DNA of 64,000 nucleotides, from positions 38,750,001-38,814,000 of the forward strand of contig NC_135817.1 in assembly GCF_964213995.1 (NCBI RefSeq), in the 5' to 3' direction. The DNA comes from Mustelus asterias. Its lineage: Eukaryota. Shown one piece after another: positions 1-12,989 of the stretch. The notes beneath the pieces are model-generated. The model did no database searches. It had not been told where the DNA came from and worked only from the letters and a program-made list of their open reading frames with translations. The position numbers and the translations under genes are program-made. How positions within the stretch are numbered: the first letter of the stretch is position 1; each line of letters opens with the position of its first letter.

Positions 1-635
1 ATCGCCAACCTGAAGAAAAACATTTACGCCCACTCTGCTTTCTGTTAATTAACCAATCCTCTATCCATGCTAATACATTACCTGTAACACCATGCACCTT
101 TATTTTATGCAGCAGTCTTTGGTGCGGCACCTAGTCAAATGCTTTCTGGAAATACAGATACACAACATCCACTGGTTCCCATTGTTTACCGTGCTCATAA
201 TGCCCTCAAATATTCCAGTAAATTAGTTAAACATGACCTGCCTTTCATGAACCCATGCTGTGTCTTCCCAATGGGACAGTTACTATCCAGGTGTCTCGCT
301 ATTTCTTCCTTGATGATGGATTCAAGCATTTTCCCCACTACACAAGTTAAGCTAACCAGCTTATAGTTACCCACTTTTTGTTTACCTCCTTTTTTAAACA
401 GTAGCGTCACATTTGCTGCTTTCCAATCTGCCAGACCCACCTCAGAGTCCAGCGAATTTTGGTAAATTACCACTAGTGCATTTGCTATTTCCCCCACCAT
501 CTCGTTTAGCACCCTGGGATGCATTCCATCAGGGCCAGGAGACTTGTCTACCTTTAGCCCCATTAGCTTGCCCAACACTACCTCTTTCGTGATAATGATA
601 GTTCCTCACCTGCCATAGTCTTCTTGTCATCAATT
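1..635 (-). mobile_element. CR1 LINE ORF2 (reverse transcriptase) fragment, runs off the window edge
   Basis: ORF 195..578 contains KSPGPDGMHPRVL...[14 protein letters not shown]; same subfamily as 12990-15995. Confidence 0.9.
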
Positions 636-2464
636 GTGAATATCACTTCAGTCATACAGGTAAGAAAAGAGCTATGCAGACAGAAAGCACCAGAATGTGG
701 CATCCCTGTGAGTGAGTAATGATTAACAAAATGTTTTGTGGGCTGCACTCAGAATCTAGATGGGCCACAGGTGCTTACCACTGACTGAAAGGGTAAAATG
801 CCTGAAAGATTTAGCAGGGATAATAAATTTTCATTCTTCTAGTCTGGCTGATGTATGTACAATACTGTTGGAGCTTTTCAGAGACTAAACATTAAACTAG
901 ACAAATTCCTAAAAACCTTTTGAATTATCTGAAATTTATATTCCAGTTTAGGCATGGGAGTTTTTCTCTCTGATTCAATGCATTATTTTATTCTATGCAG
1001 AAGTTTGCTGCTCATCTCATAACCGTTACAGCCATTGATCCCTGGATAGTCTTGCCAAATGGTTCTCACACTAACCAGATTAAATTAAATTTATGTTGTG
1101 ATTTAACCTTCAAATGGGACATCTACAAGGTACAACATTAAGAAATTAATCCTTACAGAATAAACAAGGAAGGAATTTAACAACTGGCTAAGCACCACAA
1201 GATTTTAGTGATTACAATATACTTTTTGGTTAAAATCGGTTACACTTAATAGATACGAAAATAGGTCATCAGAGTTACCAAGCAGTCTGAATCATAAATA
1301 ATTCATTGACAGATGCTTCATAAAATGAAGTTGTCTCGGCAATTCAGAATATTATAGAGCAGCATTGTAGATACTGAATATTAATTAAAGCAGTGATCAA
1401 AATCTGAGTTTATTTCAATTGATGAAGCTATTTCGGGATACACCCTTAGATTACTGAGAAGTCAACAGGTTTGAAACCAGGTTATTGGATAGATTGCAAT
1501 TTCGATATTGGCGATTAGCAATATTTCAAAATGAACACAAACTTGCCTTTATGGGCAACGTGGTTGAGTCCATCTCCTGGGACACAAGCATTAGATTCTG
1601 ACATGCCACCTTTTGGTAGCAGTTTATCATTCCATTTGGATTGTCAGTTCAGGTTGAACTCACTTTACAGAACATGGACAATATCTGAGGAGACTTTACT
1701 CTTACATTTCTCTAATCTTGTACCTTTATGCGACTGGATAGTACTGCTTCAAAAGTTAATTAAGTATTTCACTCCATGCATTAATGTGCTGTACCCATAG
1801 AGGTAACTCTGCAGCTGCTTGATAAATAATAAAGATCAGTCAACTAATATGCTGTAATTTCTATAAAGGCAAAGAAAAATCTCCCTCAAAGTTTTCTACA
1901 GATTGTCTACCACTGCTGAATACTGATTACCCACTACTGAAGGCATGCAACAGCCACTTTAAATTTTAATTAGATTTTAGAACATTTCTCCAACAAATCT
2001 CAAAGCTACCCTTCCAGTAAGGCAAAATTATGTACAGGCACTGTTCTTACAAACTCAGACTCCCAACATGAGTCTCTGTACAAGAGAAAAATAGAGAACG
2101 CTGCAGGAACTGGGTCAGGGTACTTCCAATTCATTAGTCTTGTTTGGATTTGAACCAAATGAAACTGCTGAGAGCACAACAGCTTATTTTGCTGTAGACC
2201 CTGCCCATTTTAATCTATTTCAAATGAAATCATCCAGATCCTTACACTGCCAATGTCTAAGAAGAGGCTTGATCTAATTTATGAGCTCCTTAAACATAGC
2301 CTGCAATCATTTCCTTCTGCTTGTGTGTTGAATAGTTTTACCTGAGTTCAAGGATTAGAACAACTGATCCCTGCTGTTTCCTCTTCTGTGGTCCAAACAC
2401 ACTATGTTTTGCACCCATCAGGAAGCAGCTTCCAGGCATAGGGAATTTAAAGAGATTAAAGTAA

Positions 2465-2620
2465 CGAGAGTCTTGCATTTATATAATGCCTTTCATGACC
2501 ACCGGACTCCTCAATGTGCTATCCCAATGAAATACTTTGAAGTACAGTTACTGGTTGTAATGTAGCAAATGCTTCAGCCAATTTACACACAATCAACTCC
2601 CACAATCAAGAATGTGATAA
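2465..2620 (-). mobile_element. Deu-SINE (SacSINE1-like) 3' fragment
   Basis: cttgcatttatataatgcctttc...gcagccaattt-like tail shared with 16780-17190. Confidence 0.55.
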
Positions 2621-2624
2621 TATC

Positions 2625-4595
2625 CATAAGGGAAGCTTATGTAGGGATGAGGAAACAAGGTTCAGATGGCTCGATTGAGGGTTACAAGTTAGCAAGGAAT
2701 GAGCTGAAAAAGGGGCTTAGGAGAGCTAGGAGGGGACACGAGAAGTCCTTGGCGGGTCGGATCAAGGAAAACCCCAAGGCTTTTTACTCTTATGTGAGGA
2801 ATAAAAGAATGACCAGGATGAGGTTAGGGTCGGTCAAGGACAGTAGTGGGAACTTGTGTATGGAGTCAGTAGAGATAGGCGAGGTGATGAATGAATACTT
2901 TTCTTCAGTGTTCACCAAGGAGAGGGGCCATGTTTTTCAGGAAGAGAAGGTGTTACAGGCTAGTAGGCTGGAGGAAATAGATGTTCGGAGGGAGGATGTC
3001 CTGGCAGTTTTGAATAAACTGAAGGTCAATAAGCCCCCTGGGCCTGATGAAATGTATCCGAGGATTCTTTGGGAGGCAAGGGATGAGATTGCAGAGTCTT
3101 TGGCTTTGATCTTTGGGTCCTCGCTGACCACGGGGATGGTGCCAGAGGACTGGAGAATGGTGAATGTTGTTCCTCTGTTTAAGAAAGGGAATAGAAATGA
3201 CCCTGGTAATTATAGACCGGTTAGTCTTACTTCGGTGGTTGGTAAATTGATGGAAAAGGTCCTTAGAGATGGGATTTACGACCATTTAGAAAGATGCGGA
3301 TTAATCCGGGATAGTCAGCACGGATTCATGAAGGGCAAGTCGTGCCTCACAAATTTGATAGAATTTTTTGAGGAGGTAACTAAGTGTGTTGATGAAGGTA
3401 GGGCAGTTGATGTCATATACATGGATTTTAGTAAGGCATTTGATAAGGTCCCCCATGGTCGGCTTATGATGAAAGTGAGGAGGTGTGGGATAGAGGGAAA
3501 GTTGGCTGATTGGATAGGTGTGATTGGATTGGCTGTCTGATCGAAGACAGAGGGTGGTGGTGGATGGAAAATTTTCGGATTGGAGGCAGGTTGCTAGCGG
3601 AGTGCCGCAGGGATCAGTGCTTGGTCCTCTGCTCTTTGTGATTTTTATTAATGACTTAGAGGAGGGGGCTGAAGGGTGGATCAGTAAATTTGCTGATGAC
3701 ACCAAGATTGGTGGAGTAGTGGATGAGGTGGAGGGCTGTTGTAGGCTGCAAAGAGACATAGATAGGATGCAAAGCTGGGCTGAAAAATGGCAAATGGAGT
3801 TTAACCCTGATAAATGTGAGGTGATTCATTTTGGTAGGACTAATTTAAATGTGGATTACAGGGTCAAAGGTAGGGTTCTGAAGACTGTGGAGGAACAGAG
3901 AGATCTTGGGGTTCATATCCACAGATCTCTAAAGGTTGCCACTCAAGTGGATAGAGCTGTGAAGAAGGCCTATAGTGTGTTAGCTTTTATTAACAGGGGG
4001 TTGGAGTTTAAGAGCCGTGGGGTTATGCTGCAACTGTACAGGACCTTGGTGAGACCACATTTGGAATATTGTGTGCAGTTCTGGTCACCTCACTATAAGA
4101 AGGATGTGGAAGCGCTGGAAAGAGTGCAGAGGAGATTTACCAGGATGCTGCCTGGTTTGGAGGGTAGGTCTTATGAGGAAAGGTTGAGGGAGCTAGTGCT
4201 GTTCTCTCTGGAGCAGAGGAGGCTGAGGGGAGACTTAATAGAGGTTTATAAAATGATGAAGGGGATAGATAGAGTGAACGTTCAAAGACTATTTCCTCGG
4301 GTGGATGGAGCTATTACAAGGGGGCACAACTATAGGGTTCGTGGTGGGAGATACAGGAAGGATATCAGAGGTAGGTTCTTTACGCAGAGAGTGGTTGGGG
4401 TGTGGAATGGACTGCCTGCAGTGATAGTGGAGTCAGACACTTTAGGAACATTTAAGCGGTTATTGGATAGGCACATGGAGCACACCAGGATGATAGGGAG
4501 TGGGATAGCTTGATCTTGGTTTCAGATAAAGCTCGGCACAACATCGTGGGCCGAAGGGCCTGTTCTGTGCTGTACTGTTCTATGTTCTATGTTCA
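2625..4595 (+). mobile_element. young 5'-truncated CR1 LINE with near-intact RT half of ORF2
   Basis: ORFs 2569..3540 and 3524..4513 contain [21 protein letters not shown] and KFADDTK; a single frameshift near 3520; 3' tail (GTTCTAT)n. Confidence 0.95.
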
Positions 4596-4609
4596 TCATT
4601 CACAGCTGG

Positions 4610-5515
4610 ATTTGGCAGGTTTGCAGAGCTTAGACCTGATCAGCTGGTTGTGGGATCACTGAGCTCTGTCTATTACTTGCCACTTATGATATTTGACACG
4701 CAGGTAAGCCTGTTTTATAGCTTCATCAGGTTGAAACCTCATTTTTAGGTATGGTTGGTGTTGCTCCTGGCATGCCCTCCTGCACTCTCCATTGAACCAG
4801 AGTTGATCCCCTGGCTTGGTAGCAATGGTAGAGTGGGCGATATGCCAGCCATAAGTTTATAGATTGTGATTGAGTATGATTCTCCTGCTCTGATGGCCCA
4901 CAGTATCTCATGGGATCCCTAGCTTTGCGTTGCTAGATGGGTTCAAAGTCTATCTCCTTTAGTTCGTTGGTAGTGCCACATAACACGATGGAGGGTTTCC
5001 TCGATGTGAAGACAGGATTTTGTCTCCACAAAGACTGTGCGATGGTCACTCCTACTGATACTATCATGTTTGGTTCCCTTGCCACCTGTTGCGGTCTCAG
5101 TTTAGAAGTTATGTTCTTTAGGATATGGCCAGCTTGGTCTATGGTGGTACTATTGAACCATTCCTGATGATAGATGTTTAATTCCCCCACCCACAGTACA
5201 TTGTGTACCTTTGCCACTTTCAATGCTTCCTCCAAGTGGTGTTCAATATGGAGGAATACTGATTCATCAGCTGAGGGGAGATGGTAAGTGGTAATCAGCA
5301 AGAGGTTTCCTTGTCCGTGTTTGACCTGGTGCAGTGAGACTTCATTGGGTCCAGAGTCAATGGTCAGGACTCCCAGAGTAACTCCCTCTCAACTGAATAT
5401 CACTGTGCCACCACCTCTGCTGGGTCTGTCCTGCCGATGACAAGAGTACATACCCAGTGGTGTCTAGGAAGGAATTCTCTGTAAGGTATGATTCCATGAA
5501 TTTGACTAAGTCAGG
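4610..5515 (-). mobile_element. non-LTR retrotransposon APE endonuclease fragment (CR1/L2/Jockey superclade, distinct from the main CR1s)
   Basis: ORF 4933..5301 reads LITTYHLPSADESV...VLWVGELNIYHQEW, a degenerate YRPP and GDFN pair. Same family as 7120-7445, 33440-33960, 41695-42520 and 56790-58980. Confidence 0.7.
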
Positions 5516-6207
5516 CTACATAGCAAATGTTATGCAATCATGGAATCAAGTCTAATGTTGGATATTGTGTTTTGAATATTATTAATACACAAGGCCCTGT
5601 CCTTTGCTGACAGAAGGAACATGCACAAACGTTGCAACTGTTTCAGCTGAACAAAATAAGCGTCAGCCTTTCGCTGACTCATTCCCCTCAGATTAATCAC
5701 ATTTGGTCCTGGTGATTTATCAACATTAAGTATGAACAACATTTCTAATACCTTTCCTCTTCATCAATTTTTAACCCATCCAATATTTCAGAATCACAGA
5801 ATTGTTACGGTACAGAATGAGGACATTTGACCCATCGTGGCTGCACCTGCTGTCCTAACAAGCATTATGATTTAGTGCCAGCGCCTACCTTTTTCCTGTA
5901 CCCTTGCACATTGTTTTTATTTAAATAATCATCTAATGCCTCTTGACTGTCTCAAATGAACCTTCCTCCACCACACTTCCAAGTACTGCATTCCAGATGT
6001 AAACCACTTATTGTGTGAAAAGGTTTTTTTCTCACATCCGAACTCCTTCCTCTTTTACAATGACTTCAGTACTATCTTCTTCCTTGGTAAAGACAAATGC
6101 AAAATATTTGTACAGTACCTCAGCTGTGCCGTCTTCCTCCATGCACGCATCCACTTCTTGGTCCTTAATTGGCTCCAACCCTCCTAATACTATTGTTTTA
6201 CTATCTA

Positions 6208-6480
6208 GGGGTGGCACAGAGGCAAGCGCTGCAGCCTCAGTGTCAGGGACCCAGGTTTGATTCCTGGCTTGGATCAATGTCTTGCACAGTCTGCATGTTC
6301 CCCCTATGTCTGTGTGGATTTCCTTCGGGTGCTCTGGTTTCCTCCCACAGTCTGAAAGGTGTATTGGCTGTGCTAAAATCTCCCTCAGTGTACCTGAACA
6401 GGTGTCAGAGTGTGGCGACTGGGGAATTTTCACAGTAACTTAACTGCAGCTACTTGTGACACTAATATATAAACTTTAAA
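6208..6480 (+). mobile_element. tRNA-derived V-SINE, tail type 2
   Basis: A/B-box-like head, V-domain GGTTTCCTCCCACAGTC, tail ...TTCACAGTAAC...TACTTGTGACACT...AAACTTT. Confidence 0.85.
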
Positions 6481-7119
6481 AACATGCCCATAGAAGACTT
6501 TTGTTTTCCCTTTTTTTTTGCTCATTTATATCATCATCATCATGAAATCTTGTCATACACCCCAACTTTTCTGCTTCATCTATCCATCACCCAGTGAGTT
6601 CTCACTTTAGTTACTTTTCCCCCTTGTGGGAATATACTTCAACTGTAATTGAATCCTCTCCTCTTCAAAGGCAGCCCATTGTGTCTTTACTATTCTGCTA
6701 GTTAATCTTTGATTCCAATTTACCTGGATAGATTTTTTCTCATCCCACTTGGCCCTCCTCCAATTAAATATTTTCTTGTCCTTTTCAATAAATAATCTAA
6801 ACCTCATTATATGATTATCACTGTTCTCTAAATGTTTCCCTACTGACACTTCATCCACTTGACCCACCTCATTCCCATAACCAAATCCAGCAATACATCC
6901 TGGTTGAGCTGGAAAGATACTGATCATAAAATTCTCTTGAACACATTTCAGAAACTCTCCCCTCTGCCCTTTGGATTACTATACCGGTCTATATTAGAGT
7001 AATTAATGGCCCCATTATCACAACTACATAATTTTTTGCTTTTATAATTTTCTTGCAAATATGCTCTCCTATATTTTCCCCACTATTTGATGGTTTATAG
7101 AATATACCCAAGTATTTTT

Positions 7120-7445
7120 TTTATATTCATTCGTGGGACATGGGTGTCGTTGGTTAGCCAGCATTTATTGCCCATCCCTAATTGCCCTTGAGAAGGTGGT
7201 GGTGAGCTGCCTTCTTGAATCAGTGCAGTCCACGTTCTGTGGGTTGACCTACAATGCCGTTAGGGAGGGAATTCCAGGATTTTGACCCAGCGACAGCGAA
7301 GGAACTGTGATATATTTCCAAGTCAGGATGGTGAGTGGCTTGGAGGGGAACTTGCAGGTGGTGGTGTTCCCATTTATCTGCTGCCCTTGTCCTTCTAGAT
7401 GGAAGTGGTCATCAGTTTGCAAGGTGCTTTCTAAGGATCATTGAT
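7120..7445 (-). mobile_element. 3' end of the same LINE family as 56790-58980
   Basis: Reverse complement of the GGGCAATTAGGGATGGGCAATAAATGCTGG...A-rich terminus. Confidence 0.75.
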
Positions 7446-9214
7446 GAAGTGTTGTAATGGTAAGTATTGTTTCTTAACTCAAACCAAATTGATTATGTCT
7501 TTGACCCCTCCAGCACTGTAATATTCAGCTTAATCAATATGGCCATACCTCCTCCTTTCTTTCATTCTCCATCTTTCATGAACACCTTCTATTCAGGAGA
7601 AATTAGTAACTATCTTGTATATTTTGTGAGCTCGATCTTCATTATCGCTGTAACATCACATTCCCACACGGCTATCTGTGCAACCAACTTTATTTATCAC
7701 AATTCCTGCATTTACAGACACACACAGACTATTTCTTACTCTAATGCTATCAATATCTCCCAATGCTACATGCACCTTGTTTCTCCTTTCTAATACCACA
7801 TCATGATGCCCATCCTCCTGTCAAGTTAGTTTAAACCCTCTCCAATGGTACTACCTAACTGTCCTGTGTGAACATTGGTGTCAGTTCTTTTTAGGTGCAG
7901 ACAGTGTGGCCTGTACAGGTCCCACCACCCTCACAATCAATCCCATTTTCTCATGAATCTAAAGGCTCCCTAGGAATCTTAACTGCCCATCATCTCCACT
8001 TTATACACAATCATCTGCTCCATCTTTCTACTTCTCTATTCACTTGCATGTAGCACTGGGAATTCATCCAGAGATTACCAGCTTTGAAATCTTGCTTCCT
8101 TCTTTGCTCCTTAAAATTTGACTGATGGACCTCATTACTCATGTTGTTGGTACCAACATAGACCTCGATGTCTGCGTGTTCACCTTGCCTCTTCAGAGTG
8201 CTGTACAGCAGTTGAGTAACATCCTTGACCCTAGCACCAAAAGCAATATTCCATTCTGAATTCACATTTATGATTGCAGAAATGCCAGTCTGTTGCCCTA
8301 AGGAATTCCCTATTATTGCTTATCCAAATCTCCTTCCCCTACCACCTATACGGTGAGGCAACCCTGGTGACATGGACTGTTTCTGGTTGCACTCCCCAGA
8401 GAACCCAACACTCTAACTTCTGTTCAGAACCAAATAGTGGTTGGTGGGCAAGATGTTGTTACACCATCTTTCTTGTCTTCTTTGACTTTCTGGCAGTTAT
8501 CAATTTCCTCTTAACCTGGAGAATGATCCAGAAACATGATACCAATATGACTCCGACCCTCACAATGCACTGCAGTGACCCCAGCTACTGCTCAAGCTCC
8601 AAAACAGAACTCCTCCAGCTGATGACACTTGCTGCTCATGTGTTTGCCCAGGACGAGTTTCCACAAGAAGTAAGATGTGCATTTCAGGGGACTGAGGTGT
8701 CCTGTTATGCCTTTATTTATCGACTAACTAAACTAACAGAAATAAGCTACAAGTGATTGGAGAGTAATATTTTTTTAAAAACCACCAGCTGATCCACCAA
8801 TCATTACCTTCCCATGTGCTGACAGCACTTAAAAAATATATATTGCGCTCCCTGATGCTTGTGCTTCCTCCGGGCTCTGGCCATTCTGCTGTTCAACTCC
8901 GTTAGTTCCACATTCCTTACCACCCTTCAACCTGTTAAAAAATACTTCCCTTTACTCATCTGATTTCCTTACCGTCAGAAGTCCACCTATGTACTCACTT
9001 AATATCAGACTTCCAAGAATCCTTTGGTGTTTGTACTGGACAGTTCTTCACTAAGTAATCTCCCTCACTGCTGTTTTTTGTTTAAACTGACTGGACACCT
9101 CTGAGCCTAAATGAGTTATGGGAATGAAGGGCTTTGACAGTACAGATACATAAATCACTAAAGGTATCAACAGTTTGATAAAACCTTAAGGAAAAAACCA
9201 AATAAAAACACTAG

Positions 9215-10285
9215 GAAGTTCCTCCGAAACTCATCTCCAAACTCTGTTGCCTGGGTCTCAGCTCCTCCCTCTGTGATTGGAACCTGAATTTCCTAACACA
9301 CAGACCACAATCAGTAAGGACAGGCAACAACACCTCATCCACGATCATCCTCAACACCAGTGCCCCACAAGGCTGTGTTCGCAGCCCCCTACTATACTCC
9401 TTATACAGCTGTGACTGTGGGGCCAAATTATCCTCCAACTCAATATTCAATTTTGACGATGACACCACCGTAGTGGATTGAATCTCAAACAATGACAGGA
9501 CAGAGTACAGGAATGAGATAGAGAATCTGGTGAACTGGTGCGGCGACAATAATCTCTCCCTCAATGCCAACAAAAAGGAGATTGTCATCAACTTCAGTTA
9601 ACGTAAAGGAGAACATGCCCCTGTCTCCATCAACAGGGACGAAGTAGAAAGAGTCGAGAGCTTCAAGTTTTTAGGTGTCCAGATCACCAATAACCTGTCC
9701 TGGTCCCCCCATGCCAACACTATAGTTAAGAAAGCCCACCAACGCCTCCACTTTCTCAGAAGACTAAGGAAATTTGGCATGTCAACTATGACTCTCACCA
9801 ACCTTTACAGATGCATCATAGAAAGCATTATTTCTGGTTGTATCACAGCTTTGTATATCTCCTGCTCTGCCCAAGACCGCAAGAAACTACAAAAGGTCGT
9901 GAATGTAGCCAAATCCATCACGCAAACCAGCCTCCTATCCATTGACTCTGTCTACACTTCCCACTGCTTTGGCAAAGCAGCCAACATAATTAAGGACCCC
10001 ACGCACTCCGGACATTCTCTCTTCCACCTTCTTCCATCGGGAAAAAGATACAAAAGTCTGAGGTCACGTACCAACCGACTCAAGAACAGCTTCTTCCTGC
10101 TTCCATCAGACTTTTGAATGGACTTACCCTGCATTAAGTTTATCTTTATGCCCTAGCTATAACTGTAACACTACATTCTGCACTCTCTCTGTTTCCTTCT
10201 CTATGAACGGTATGTTTTGTATAGTACGCAAGAAACAATACATTTCACTGTATGCTAATACGTGACAATAATAAATCAAACCAAA
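9215..10285 (+). mobile_element. Rex1/Babar-type LINE, 5'-truncated
   Basis: Nucleotides encode [15 protein letters not shown] and DDTTVV; ORF 9779..10117 reads [15 protein letters not shown]...RTNRLKNSF; tail GTGACAATAATAAATCAAA. Confidence 0.88.
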
Positions 10286-11638
10286 TAGGGTTCGTAGAAT
10301 CAAGGAGAAAAGTTGTTAAATTTGTGAAGAAACTTGCTCAGGCAACGCTTAGAGTACTTGAAGTCCTAGACTCCATATATAAAAGGAGGATATGGAGGCA
10401 CAGAGCAGCACTCGCAGAGTGGGGACAGAAAAGTTACTGACTATAATTTTAAAGAATTGTAATGAAAAAAGGAATAGATAAAACAGGCCAAATTTTGTCA
10501 ATGTACGGCATCTAATAGCATTTGGCAAACAAATTAACGAGGCATGCAACTAAATATCTCTTTAAAACAATCTGATTAAAGGATTTTGAAAGTAGAACAG
10601 CACCAAGAACTGAGAAGGGAGTGGTGTAAATTAAATTAGGTGAATTTAATGTCAAATCAGGGACAGAAAGAAAGATTGAATTAAGAAAAAAGAGACAAAA
10701 CAAAAGATTACTTAAAGCGTTATGTTTTTAAAATCTCCAGCAATTAAAACCAGGAAGGAGACTCCATACTTGCAACAGTAATTTCAGTGTTGGAGAGGTT
10801 GTTTGGCATTAATTAATGCTTATCACATCATTAAGAGGGTACATAAAATTGATTGGACATGATTTAACTTGGTGGCAAGTTTATTTCATATGTACTGTGA
10901 AAATACAGCAATTCACCTATTCTAATAATGAGCCAGATAGTGAATGCCTTTTTTGTGAAACTAATGGTGAACCAGTGCAATTTGGGCAGCAACCTTTAGA
11001 TTTTTGGGTTTAACTGTACATGTGCCCCTTGCCCAGGGTACTGAACCTTTTGCTCATACATAATGGTGATCGCCATTAGCCTCACTGTTATTTTGACAGG
11101 AAAATCTGAGGTAATATCTTTATTTAAAAACTAAAGTAAAATGTTATATTTTAACTGCTATTAACGGACTGACAATGTATTGGGTGGTATATTTAAAATT
11201 GGATGATACGCCATGATTATATGGTAAATCAGATTTTAATCTGCAGATTAATTCGATGAAAGGTTGATTAAGATGATTTAAGTTAAACTTTCAGTTTTAA
11301 ACTTAAAAGTGAACTTTTATATAGTTAGTGGCAGAGCAATTATGGGCTGGTTCAGGTAAGAAAGAAACTCAGGCTACAGGGAAACATTAAAATGTGCATG
11401 CTGCATTATTATCTATACTTTAAATAAAGCATTGCAAAATTCTTTCAAGTAATTTGGGTCACTGTGCCATTGTTAATTTTAATGGATATTATTGAAGACA
11501 AGGAGCAAATTTAACAATTGCTGGTTCAGTTAGCAGAATTAGAGATATTTAACATCTTAGTTTTCAGAAGAAATCATTCAAGATTAAAAAACTGTAAAAC
11601 TTTCTGCTAAAGAACAAGTAACAAGCAAGAAACAACCT

Positions 11639-11694
11639 GCACCGCTGGTGTAGTGGTATCATGCAAGATTCCCATTCGATTTCCAGGTGGCACA
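11639..11694 (+). pseudogene. tRNA-Gly(CCC) pseudogene with ~15-nt internal deletion
   Basis: GCACCGCTGGTGTAGTGGTATCATGCAAGATTCCCATTC-GATTTCCAGGTGGCACA matches vertebrate tRNA-Gly-CCC as recalled, except that the 3' anticodon stem, variable loop and 5' T-arm are missing. Confidence 0.8.
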
Positions 11695-11703
11695 TACTAA
11701 TTT

Positions 11704-12033
11704 GGGCAGCACGGTGGCACAGTGGTTAGCATTGCTACCTCACAGCACCAGGGACCCGGATTCGATTCCCAGCTTGGGTGACTGTCTATGTGAAGTTTGC
11801 ATGTGTGTGCCCCATGTCTGTGTGGGTTTCCTCTGGGTGCTCCGGTTTCCTCTCAGTCCAAAAAAAAACCCCGGGTGAATTAGGTTGATTGGCTATGCTA
11901 AAATTGCTCCTTAGTGTCAGGGGGATTAGCAGGGTAAATATGTGGAGTTATGGGGATAGGGCCTGGATGGGATTGTTGTTAGTGCAGGCTCGATGGGCCG
12001 AATGGCCCCCTTGTGCACTGTAGGGATTCTATG
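11704..12033 (+). mobile_element. HE1-like V-SINE, tail type 1 (CR1-derived)
   Basis: GGGCAGCACGGTGGCACAGTGGTTAGC head, B-box GGATTCGATTCC, V-domain, and GGGCCGAATGG...GATTCTATG tail. Confidence 0.9.
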
Positions 12034-12989
12034 AACATTTTGCAGATTTGTACACAAAGTTTACTAAGTTGTATATATAACAATATTTCCATGCAATTAT
12101 GGTCGTTTTTCCATTTATCAGATTCTAAGCATTTAATTTGTAAATATTGTATTAATTTTAGCTGATGCAGTCTGGACCTGAACGTTTCTGTTTTTGCAGA
12201 GACTGAACTGAAGACATAGTGAGACTTCTACATAAATTTGATTACACAATTTACTGCAATTAGATTGTTAGACTTCGCTCACGTTAACTTGTACAACATA
12301 ACTTGTAAAAAGTAAAGGCAATGTTTGCTCATATAAAATTAAAGAGTTGAAATAGAAAATTATTAAAACCCATGCAGTCCAGTTACATTACAGTGCTGAG
12401 ACACCAAATGATTGAAGTCCATTGTGCTAAAAAGAAAAAGGTTCAAATGCCAGACCCAACAAATAGAGCAGTACTCCATGTTTGCATGGTTGTGCAGAAT
12501 CCATTTGAGCACTTTGGCATTCAAATCACTCTTTAGAATCTTGCTCTTTAGAAAAATAACTAATGTCTATCTCACCAAATATTTGAAGCAAGCTTGGGAC
12601 ACTAACAACATTACATAAATAGAATGTTAATTAGTATGTGACAATGTGATTCTTGGAGTGGAGTGAAACATCATTATTGTGCTCACCTCTTGATGGCTCT
12701 AATGGCTATGCTGGAGTTGGCAAACTCATTCCAGGTGTATTAGGCAGATTTTAGCAGATGTTTCTAGTGAGCTTAATCTACACCCAATAGATCAGGGTTA
12801 CAGAATTACAGTAGATCTACAGACATTTAACCACAAAGTCCTGTTCATAATGAAAATTCTTAAAATGTATAAAGCTGTGATTTAATGGCCGTTTTGAAAG
12901 TCTATCTATAATGATGATTGCATGCAATACTATGGTAATACAAGAGAAAAACAAACTTTGCCAGGCTCCCTAGAGGTTTAAAGGTCAAA

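Larger units (their letters stand above)
5640..8760 (-). mobile_element. old CR1 remnant including ORF1 esterase-like segment, interrupted by later insertions
   Basis: Peptides DKSPGPN (5530..5742), YFAFVFTKEED (6032..6433), FNWRRAKW (6607..6927) and GARVKDV...YVGTNN (8011..8265, resembling the CR1 ORF1 SGNH esterase). Confidence 0.7.

Noticed and set aside
636-2460. Exons of a neighbouring gene (ZFX is the expected downstream neighbour by human synteny)
   Set aside because: No recognisable coding motif, zinc finger or CpG island; ORF 1531..1800 has no identifiable similarity.
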